NCBI GenBank assembly: GCA_016840425.1
Contig: JAEOSI010000149.1
Span: 1 to 5,942, forward strand
DNA length: 5,942 nucleotides
Direction of reading: 5' to 3'
From: Candidatus Wukongarchaeum yapensis
Lineage (GTDB): Archaea > Asgardarchaeota > Wukongarchaeia > Wukongarchaeales > Wukongarchaeaceae
Position numbers and translations under genes: made by a program. The notes below the pieces were generated by a model. That model made no database searches. It was given only the letters and a program-made list of their open reading frames with translations, and was not told the origin of the DNA. Position 1 is the stretch's first letter. The number at the start of each line of letters is the position of its first letter. Shown one piece after another: positions 1-5,456 of the stretch.

Positions 1-639
1 GACGGGGGATACATAATTATTGGTTCTCAAGAACAAATGCTACTATTTTCTAAAATGTCTGTTCGTGGTTATATTACTGATGCTTTATTGATTAAAACAG
101 ATGAAAATGGTTATCAGAAGTGGAACAGAACCTATGGAGGATCAAGTAGTGATACTGGCATGAGCGTTGTTCAGAATTCTGATGGAGAATACATAATCGC
201 AGGTTACACGGATTCCTACAGTGATGATAGCAATTCAGATGTTTGGTTGCTTAAAGTTGCCTCTGGTTTTCCAGTTATTGACCATCCTGCTGATATAACA
301 TATGAGGAAGGTTCTTCTGGTCATAATATTACTTGGCAGACTTCAGATGCTGAACCTTCAGGCTATAAAGCTACGAGAAATGAAACCCTTTTAGAGAGCG
401 GTCCTTGGACCGGTGGTAACATAACGGTCAACGTTGACGGACTCGCAATAGGCGTTTACTTGTACACTTGCACCGTCAATGACACAATAGGTCAAAGTGC
501 TAGTGATACAGTTATGGTAACAGTTACAGCACCGGAAGAAGATGGAGGATTCCCGTGGGTTGGATTTGGTTTAGCACTAGCATTGATAGGATTAGCAGCA
601 GTGATAATATATACAACACAATACGCAAAAAAACCCTAA
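1..639 (+). CDS. C-terminal part (5'-truncated by window edge) of a membrane-anchored surface glycoprotein: beta-propeller-type repeats, Ig-like domain, C-terminal TM anchor
   Basis: Frame is open from base 1 (DGGYIIIGSQEQ...), so the ATG at 37 is internal. It has two repeats of the DGxYIIxG...DxxLxK type joined by TDENG..WNRTYGG..D.G.SV. These are followed by an Ig-like module (PVIDHPADITYEEGSSGHNITW...GVYLYTCTVND..GQSASDTVMVTV), five N-glycosylation sequons (NRT, NIT, NET, NIT, NDT), a hydrophobic helix WVGFGLALALIGLAAVIIY and a KKP tail. Confidence 0.85.
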   Translation, partial: DGGYIIIGSQEQMLLFSKMSVRGYITDALLIKTDENGYQKWNRTYGGSSSDTGMSVVQNSDGEYIIAGYTDSYSDDSNSDVWLLKVASGFPVIDHPADITYEEGSSGHNITWQTSDAEPSGYKATRNETLLESGPWTGGNITVNVDGLAIGVYLYTCTVNDTIGQSASDTVMVTVTAPEEDGGFPWVGFGLALALIGLAAVIIYTTQYAKKP

Positions 640-647
640 ACCCCCCT

Positions 648-669
648 CTCTTTTTTTACTGAATTTTTT
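648..669 (+). terminator. Archaeal oligo-T terminator of the surface protein gene
   Basis: T7 run at 651-657 and T6 run at 664-669, 12-30 nt after the stop codon. Confidence 0.6.
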
Positions 670-719
670 GCGTTTAAAAATATGATTAAGTAATCAAGTT
701 GTTTTAGGATGGCGATTTA

Positions 720-732
720 ACAGGGTTTTATA
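720..732 (+). promoter_or_regulatory. Candidate TATA box for the 787-2953 gene pair
   Basis: ACAGGG-TTTTATA, with TTTATA at 727-732, about 55 nt upstream of ATG 787. Motif match only. Confidence 0.45.
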
Positions 733-786
733 CCTTCTGCAAGCTTTTTCAAAAAATTAAAAATTAATAAAAACAAAGTATGAGTT

Positions 787-2181
787 ATGGAAATCAAAAC
801 GATGAAAAAGTCTTCGGATTTGAAGTTTGAAAAAATTAACGAGTATATATTCGCTCCATTTAACACTTTTATTTATTTAGATGATGATGAGATAGGTTTT
901 GCTGGTTCGAGTTTAATTCAAAACAAACTAATTGAGGAGTTAAATAAAGAACCACTACAGATTAAGAACCAAAACCTAAAAGTTGAATGGGGTATAGAAG
1001 AATGTGAAGAGTTTAAACTTTCAAAAGGCGTTTTTTCTCCACCTGGAAAAGAGATTTCATTCGTCATGGCCCAACTTGTTGGCAAAATACTGGAAGATAG
1101 TTGTTTTCCTATAAAAGAGAAAGTTTCAGAACTTTTTCCAGAAAATTCGCTTAAGTTTAGCGATGTACGATTTTACTTTCATGACTGTGGAGTAGGAACA
1201 TGTAGCGTGCGAGTAAAATTAGAGAAAAGTGATGGAATAACAATTTTACAGTTGGAAGAAGTATCAGAAGCTTTAAACAATTTATATAAACAATATTTTG
1301 AAGATATTTGTTTCCAATTAACACGACAATATATTCAAGCCGTTCGCAAACTAAATATCCCCCATAATAATTTCGGTTTTTTGCCAGATATCAACGAAGT
1401 AGAAAAGGCAGTACATTTCATACCATGGACTCACAGACTTTATCACATAGATGATGACTCCCTTTTTGAGTTAGAAAATCCGGGAGAACCGTTTAAATTT
1501 CTACTCACCCCCTCCAGACAAATGGATGTACAAGACCTTTCAATCTATGATAATCGATACGTATATTTCGGTTGGGGCCACTCTATAATCTTCACATCTA
1601 GTCAGGAAGAGGGTTATTCACAAACAACTAGACCTGTATATGATTACGTAAGGCTAGTAGAAATCGCCCAAGCCAAGTGGCAATTCCTTGATGTACTAAC
1701 AGACATAGTTGATTTTGCCATTGCTAGCTTTAATAGGCACCACAAAGATATGCAAATGAAAGACCTTCAAACCGCTATTGATGAAATCCGAAATTTTGAA
1801 AATGCAATTGATCGCATTTTAGACTATTTTAGAGGGGTAAAAATCACGTTCGACACAGAAAAACGACTCCTCCTTAGAGAGTTACATGAAAGATGGCTCA
1901 CAGACCAAATGCTTGAAAAACTCCAAGGCAGGGTAAAACTAATAGAAGAAGTACTAAACGAGCTTTATCAACGACAAAAAGAACAAAGAGACGAATCTTT
2001 AAACACAATAGCGCTATTATTCACAATCGTTGGCATCATCGAAGTTTTCGCAGTTGTTTTCGACATTCTAAGCTCATCTTACGAGATAAACCCCATACTC
2101 GAACTGATTATAATCGGGACAGGGACATTAATAATGGCTTTATTAATAATTATATACATCAGATACGCAGAAAGAGGCTAA
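787..2181 (+). CDS. Divergent CorA-like membrane protein (large soluble N-terminal domain, long stalk helices, two C-terminal TM helices, no GMN motif)
   Basis: 464 aa ORF. A long amphipathic/coiled region (EIAQAKWQFLD...LNELYQRQKEQRDE) runs directly into TM1 (SLNTIALLFTIVGIIEVFAVVF), a short loop and TM2 (ILELIIIGTGTLIMALLIIIYI). This is the CorA-superfamily layout. The start could also be ATG 802. The CDS is secure; the family assignment rests on architecture only. Confidence 0.6.
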   Translation: MEIKTMKKSSDLKFEKINEYIFAPFNTFIYLDDDEIGFAGSSLIQNKLIEELNKEPLQIKNQNLKVEWGIEECEEFKLSKGVFSPPGKEISFVMAQLVGKILEDSCFPIKEKVSELFPENSLKFSDVRFYFHDCGVGTCSVRVKLEKSDGITILQLEEVSEALNNLYKQYFEDICFQLTRQYIQAVRKLNIPHNNFGFLPDINEVEKAVHFIPWTHRLYHIDDDSLFELENPGEPFKFLLTPSRQMDVQDLSIYDNRYVYFGWGHSIIFTSSQEEGYSQTTRPVYDYVRLVEIAQAKWQFLDVLTDIVDFAIASFNRHHKDMQMKDLQTAIDEIRNFENAIDRILDYFRGVKITFDTEKRLLLRELHERWLTDQMLEKLQGRVKLIEEVLNELYQRQKEQRDESLNTIALLFTIVGIIEVFAVVFDILSSSYEINPILELIIIGTGTLIMALLIIIYIRYAERG

Positions 2182-2185
2182 AAAA

Positions 2186-2953
2186 ATGACGATAGAAAAA
2201 AGTTTACAAAAAGCAGACGTAATAGTCTTAGAAGCAGACGGTAAAATCGACCCCCAACATGGATACGGTCACCTAATCGTAAAACGATTAGCAGAATTCA
2301 ACATTAACGCAATTATAATCTCAATAGTTGAAAATACCCAAACACTAGAAAAACTACCCCCAAAACCCCTGATTTTATCTGGAGGAATGACAGAAGTTAC
2401 TGCTGACGTCGACTGGCTCAACAAAACAAGGGAGTTTATCACTGGAAAAATAAAAGCTAATCAAAAGCTCGAAAAAGAAAAACGCACTCCAATCTTCGGA
2501 ATATGTTTCGGAGCCCAACTACTGGCAGAATGCTATAGCAAAGGTAGCGTAAAATACTTGGATGATCCAGAAATTGGCATCACCAAAGTAACCATAGGAT
2601 CCCCCCCTCATCTGATATTTAACGGATATAAAGAAGATTTTAACGCATATACCTTTCATTACAATCAAATAAAAACCCAAGATGTATCCACTATATCTTC
2701 CCACCAACACAAAAACCATCATTTTATCCAAGCATTCGAGATCCCAAACGCATCATGTTACGGGATACAGTTCCACCCAGAGTTCAATTATAAAGAGTTC
2801 ATAACCCTCCTCCATACATACAAACAACTCCTAAAAGATCTCGGTTTAAACGCAGAAAACATCATAAAAAGCCTTCCAAAGATACAAAAAAATTCCATAA
2901 TTTTTAAAAATTTCATTGACTTAACGAAAAAAGAAGCGAAAATGGAAAAATAA
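2186..2953 (+). CDS. Class I (triad) glutamine amidotransferase-like protein, standalone GuaA-like / gamma-glutamyl hydrolase type
   Basis: LILSGG oxyanion strand, nucleophile elbow PIFGICFGAQLLA (Cys107) and YGIQFHPE (His197, Glu199) give a complete Cys-His-Glu triad. It starts 4 nt after the upstream stop. Confidence 0.9.
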   Translation: MTIEKSLQKADVIVLEADGKIDPQHGYGHLIVKRLAEFNINAIIISIVENTQTLEKLPPKPLILSGGMTEVTADVDWLNKTREFITGKIKANQKLEKEKRTPIFGICFGAQLLAECYSKGSVKYLDDPEIGITKVTIGSPPHLIFNGYKEDFNAYTFHYNQIKTQDVSTISSHQHKNHHFIQAFEIPNASCYGIQFHPEFNYKEFITLLHTYKQLLKDLGLNAENIIKSLPKIQKNSIIFKNFIDLTKKEAKMEK

Positions 2954-2970
2954 AGGGTTTAATAGAGGGC

Positions 2971-2981
2971 TTGTGTTTTTT
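2971..2981 (+). terminator. Oligo-T terminator in the 31 bp gap between convergent GATase and ahcY
   Basis: TTGTGTTTTTT, with T6 at 2976-2981, shortly after stop 2953. Confidence 0.45.
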
Positions 2982-2984
2982 AAG

Positions 2985-4316
2985 CTAAGTCCCGATTTTC
3001 CACGATTTTAGGTATTCTTCTTGTTGTTCTGTAAGTTTTTCCGTTTTGAGATCCATTGTTTCTAGTTTTAATCGAGCTACTTTTTCATCGATGTCCTGGG
3101 GCACATCAATCACCGTTACCGGTAGTTTATCTGCGTTTTTCACCATGTATTCGGCGCAGAGGGCTTGTAGTGCGAAGCTCATATCCATGACTTCGCTTGG
3201 GTGTCCTTTTGCGCATGCAAGGTTCACCAATCTTCCTTCGCCTAGGAGGAAGAGCCTTTTTCCGTTTTTAAGCTTATATTCGGTGACTAAGGGCCTTATT
3301 TCTCTTATGTTTTCAGATAGCTCTTCTAGGTCTGGTTTCGATATTTCCACATCGAAATGACCGGCGTTTGCTAGGATTGCTTCGTTTTTCATGAGTTCGA
3401 AGTGTTCTTTTCTGATAACGTTTATGTTTCCTGTGGCTGTTATGAAAATGTCACCGTACTCTGCAGCTTCCCTCATTGTGGCGACTCTAAACCCGTACAT
3501 TGCGGCTTTTAATGCGTTATGGGGTTTAACGTCCACTACGATGACTAAAGCCCCTAGGCCTCTTGCCCTTTCTGCTATGCCTGATCCTACATGTCCATAA
3601 CCGACAACCACGAAGTTTTTACCGGCAATTAATACGTCTGTAGCGCGAATGACTCCATCGAGGGCAGACTGTCCTGTGCCTACGGGGTTGTCAAAGAGAT
3701 TTTTGCTTTTAGCATCATTAACCGCCACTAGGGGGTATTTTAACGCGCCATCCCTCGCCATAGCCCGCAATCTAATAACCCCGGTTGTGGTTTCTTCGCT
3801 TCCCCCGATAACTTTCTCTATAAGGTCGGGTCTTTCTCCCAAAACACTTTCCACGATATCCATTTCACCCCCTTTCTCTCCCCTTGCCATTTTATGCAAG
3901 GTTGAAACAAGGTCTGCCCCATCATCTATCGTAATATCAGCTTCATGAGAAAGCGCATAACCTATACACCTATAATAATCCTCGTTCGACTCTCCTTTTA
4001 TCGCGTAAACATTTATACCCTCAACTGCGAGGGCTGCAGCCACCTCATCTGTTGTAGACAAAGGATTAGAAGCAGTAAGAACAACTTTTGCACCTCCTGC
4101 TTTTAAGGTTCTTGCTAGAACCCCAGTCTCCTTAGTAATATGCAGACATCCAACCAGAGTATAACCTTTAAGAGGCTTCTCCTCCTCAAACCTTTTCCGG
4201 ATCTTCATAACAACAGGCATGCTCAACTCAGCCCATTCAAGAAGCTTCCTACCATCAGCCTCGAGCGAGATATCCTTAACCCAATAATCTGGAACAATTT
4301 CCATCTCCAAAAACAT
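2985..4316 (-). CDS. ahcY: Adenosylhomocysteinase (S-adenosyl-L-homocysteine hydrolase)
   Basis: Family motifs [40 protein letters not shown], Rossmann [19 protein letters not shown] and [23 protein letters not shown]. Alternative start at ATG 4304. Confidence 0.98.
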   Translation of the reverse strand: MFLEMEIVPDYWVKDISLEADGRKLLEWAELSMPVVMKIRKRFEEEKPLKGYTLVGCLHITKETGVLARTLKAGGAKVVLTASNPLSTTDEVAAALAVEGINVYAIKGESNEDYYRCIGYALSHEADITIDDGADLVSTLHKMARGEKGGEMDIVESVLGERPDLIEKVIGGSEETTTGVIRLRAMARDGALKYPLVAVNDAKSKNLFDNPVGTGQSALDGVIRATDVLIAGKNFVVVGYGHVGSGIAERARGLGALVIVVDVKPHNALKAAMYGFRVATMREAAEYGDIFITATGNINVIRKEHFELMKNEAILANAGHFDVEISKPDLEELSENIREIRPLVTEYKLKNGKRLFLLGEGRLVNLACAKGHPSEVMDMSFALQALCAEYMVKNADKLPVTVIDVPQDIDEKVARLKLETMDLKTEKLTEQQEEYLKSWKIGT

Positions 4317-4353
4317 CCACCAACCTTTTCAATAAACTTCAACAAAATTCTAC

Positions 4354-4365
4354 ATTTAACTTTGT
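4354..4365 (-). promoter_or_regulatory. Probable ahcY core promoter spanning the element's left junction (ACAAAG + TTAAAT on - strand)
   Basis: The - strand reads ...CGACAAAG|TTAAATGTAG.... TTAAAT begins at 4359, which predicts a TSS near 4330 at a T/G step and a ~14 nt leader (GAAAAGGTTGGTGG) before ATG 4316. Inferred from motif and spacing. Confidence 0.5.
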
Positions 4366-4370
4366 CGGCG

Positions 4371-4396
4371 GGAAGTCCCGTTGCGACAGCCGGGGA
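4371..4396 (+). repeat. Left-end subterminal hairpin (TnpA recognition site)
   Basis: GGAAG-TCCCGTTG-CGA-CAGCCGGGGA: imperfect palindrome with a CGA triloop, 15-16 nt from the left junction. Confidence 0.7.
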
Positions 4397-4417
4397 ATGA
4401 AAGCCGAACAACAATAA

Positions 4418-4431
4418 TAAAGTATTTATAT
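4418..4431 (+). promoter_or_regulatory. Element-internal BRE/TATA promoter, predicted to drive the omegaRNA
   Basis: TAAAGTA-TTTATAT, with TTTATA at 4425-4430, predicts a TSS near 4452-4455. That is exactly where the long-range RNA stem begins. The reverse strand also reads GAAAAA-TATAAATA, so it may be bidirectional. Confidence 0.6.
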
Positions 4432-4540
4432 TTTTCATCATATATAGTCTTACGCTTACCTGCAGGCAAGGGTCGAAATATGCAGCATCGTCTTGAGTCC
4501 TGTATTTCGTAAAGCCGAAAGGAAGTCAAGACGGGGCGCA

Positions 4541-4629
4541 GTAGGGCAGGGACTGCCCGAATTCACGCCTGTGGAGATTCCAGCAGGTAATCGTTGAAAC
4601 AGGAAGCTCTTTCCGAGAGGGAGGAGTAG
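4541..4629 (+). pseudogene. tnpB: Remnant of the extreme 3' end of tnpB
   Basis: 4541-4597 reads VGQGLPEFTPVEIPAGNR*, and 4591-4629 reads SLKQEALSEREE* in another frame. Both resemble TnpB C-terminal tails but are now out of frame with each other. There is no zinc finger or RuvC motif upstream and no ATG in frame. Confidence 0.6.
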
Positions 4630-4634
4630 TTCAC
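4602..4634 (+). repeat. Right-end subterminal hairpin and cleavage motif
   Basis: GGAAG-CTCTTTC-CGA-GAGGGAG-GAGTAGTTCAC. It shares the GGAAG foot and CGA triloop with the left-end hairpin and ends 11 nt from the terminal TTCAC. Confidence 0.75.
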
Positions 4635-4642
4635 TCTTTTAT

Positions 4643-4692
4643 GTCTTCCCAATCTTCATACAGACTAACCCTAAAGAATATTTTGGGAAGAC
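4643..4692. repeat. Inverted repeat in the right flank
   Basis: Perfect 10 bp arms GTCTTCCCAA (4643-4652) and TTGGGAAGAC (4683-4692) with a 30 nt spacer, extendable with bulges to about 4637/4697. Confidence 0.8.
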
Positions 4693-4744
4693 TAAGAAAA
4701 ATATAGGAATAAAGGAGAGGACTTGGCCTACCAATGTGGTGGCG

Positions 4745-4804
4745 TTTAATTTTTTTTCTTCTCCCATTTTTTGAAGTTGTTTTTTTAAGAAAAAAGGGCA
4801 AAAA
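4745..4804. terminator. Bidirectional oligo-T terminator zone
   Basis: + strand T runs at 4750-4757, 4767-4772 and 4780-4786 could end the omegaRNA read-through transcript. A runs at 4790-4795 and 4800-4804 are T runs on the - strand, downstream of the 4841 stop. Confidence 0.5.
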
Positions 4805-4840
4805 GGATTTTTCTTTTTGTCTTTTCTTTATCGCCTACTG

Positions 4841-5425
4841 TTATTTTTTTCCTCGGTCGCGTTCTCGGAACCCTGAGAGGTGATATACGCAGACTGATGA
4901 GCCAAGCTTTGCTTTGACATCGTCTGGTGAAACCCCTACTTCTTGTATGTTTTTTTCTGCGAGCACTATTTCTCCTGTGATGGGGTGTTTTGCTCCTAAC
5001 TGCTTTACTTCTAATGCGAACTGAAACCCTATAGCGTCTCTGAAAGCTTGATGGATCAAGCAAAAGGGCACTACTGCGGCATGTTTTCCCGTTTTGTTTG
5101 CCGCCTCCAACATTTTTTCGACTTCTAAAGGTATACTTCTAAGCGCGAATTTGTTATAATTTTCAGTTAAGTTGAAATAAGGGCATCTTGGAAGGGATAT
5201 TATATTTCCATCCTTTTCAGCGGGAGCAGATTCAAAGGTGCTTAAAGCAGTTAATACGTCCGCTTCGCCTCCGAACTGTGCAAGCATCGTAAAAGCGAGT
5301 TTTTTACCTACTCTTGCAAAAGTTCCGTAAGCGAGTTTAGGATCAAAGAAGTTTGCAAACTCCTTCAATAGGTAGAAGTAGGCCCTAGGAAACATGTTGC
5401 TAAATTTTTCAGAATCTTCACTCAT
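4841..5425 (-). CDS. Hypothetical protein, probable V4R/MetOD1-like small ligand-binding domain with a Cys/His metal site
   Basis: 194 aa ORF with SD-like GAGGGTGGG 9 nt upstream of the ATG. A helical N-terminus (GTFARVGKKLA) is followed by a CPY (C81) ... FCLIH (C122, H125) ... VCVY (C179) pattern reminiscent of V4R-fold proteins. The CDS is likely real; the family call is tentative. Confidence 0.55.
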   Translation of the reverse strand: MSEDSEKFSNMFPRAYFYLLKEFANFFDPKLAYGTFARVGKKLAFTMLAQFGGEADVLTALSTFESAPAEKDGNIISLPRCPYFNLTENYNKFALRSIPLEVEKMLEAANKTGKHAAVVPFCLIHQAFRDAIGFQFALEVKQLGAKHPITGEIVLAEKNIQEVGVSPDDVKAKLGSSVCVYHLSGFRERDRGKK

Positions 5426-5456
5426 AAGCAGAAACCCACCCTCTATATTATTAAGT

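Larger units (their letters stand above)
4360..4634 (+). mobile_element. Non-autonomous IS200/IS605-family mini-element (PATE/MITE-like) with no tnpA or tnpB ORF
   Basis: It lies directly 3' of TTTAA(C) at 4355-4360. The left end has an outer stem (TTGTCGGC 4362-4369 / GCCGAACAA 4403-4411) around GGAAG plus an imperfect hairpin. The right end has GGAAG plus a hairpin followed by GAGTAGTTCAC ending at 4634, a typical tnpB-element right end. A tnpB C-terminal remnant lies inside. No target duplication is visible. The left boundary is 4360 or 4361. Confidence 0.85.
4452..4654 (+). ncRNA. Predicted TnpB-type omegaRNA/reRNA: scaffold ~4452-4634 plus ~16-20 nt flank-derived guide (UCUUUUAUGUCUUCCCAAUC)
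   Basis: The 3' scaffold has the usual tnpB right-end signature (GGGCAG-GGA-CTGCCC hairpin, GAATTCACGCCTGTGGAG, TCGTTGAAACAGGAAG, right-end hairpin, GTAGTTCAC). TGAA 4595-4598 can pair with TTCA 4630-4633 as a pseudoknot. The 5' part folds into nested stems (see findings). The guide position follows from established TnpB biology. Confidence 0.7.

Noticed and set aside
2519-2731. 70 aa ORF on the - strand
   Set aside because: Antisense shadow of the GATase gene with no recognisable motif.
3046-3948. Three + strand ORFs (3046-3360, 3391-3600, 3649-3948)
   Set aside because: Antisense shadows of ahcY with Ser/Pro-rich composition typical of the non-coding strand.
4361-4412. SAH riboswitch upstream of ahcY (- strand contains GCAACGGG...CCCGCC)
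   Set aside because: It lacks the conserved GAGGAGCG and CAGGCUCG segments, and the sequence is fully explained as the element's left end.
4140-4441. ORFs 4140-4400 (+) and 4223-4441 (-)
   Set aside because: They overlap the ahcY 5' end and run across the element junction; no protein-like features.
4448-4597. 50-codon stop-free frame ending in the TnpB-like tail, considered as a mini-protein
   Set aside because: No ATG or ribosome-binding site in frame, and no TnpB catalytic or zinc-finger motifs; better explained as RNA.
4441-4694. Group I intron / IStron (ATATAGTCT resembles the S element; AGACTA at 4662 and 4689 resembles the R element)
   Set aside because: The order is reversed (S before R), the R-like motifs lie outside the element, no P3-P6 core is evident, and no gene is interrupted.
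4745-4766. Second TTTAA followed by sequence matching 12 of 17 guide positions (possible local self-target)
   Set aside because: The match is driven by low-complexity T runs, and there are mismatches at positions 2 and 7 in the presumed seed.
4886-4993. Hammerhead ribozyme-like CTGATGA (4894-4900) ... GAAA (4929-4932)
   Set aside because: The candidate stem III ends in GTG rather than NUH, stem I does not form cleanly, and it lies antisense to a protein-coding gene.
4785-5063. 92 aa Arg/Lys-rich ORF on the - strand
   Set aside because: Alternative frame overlapping the better-supported 4841-5425 CDS, which has an SD and promoter.
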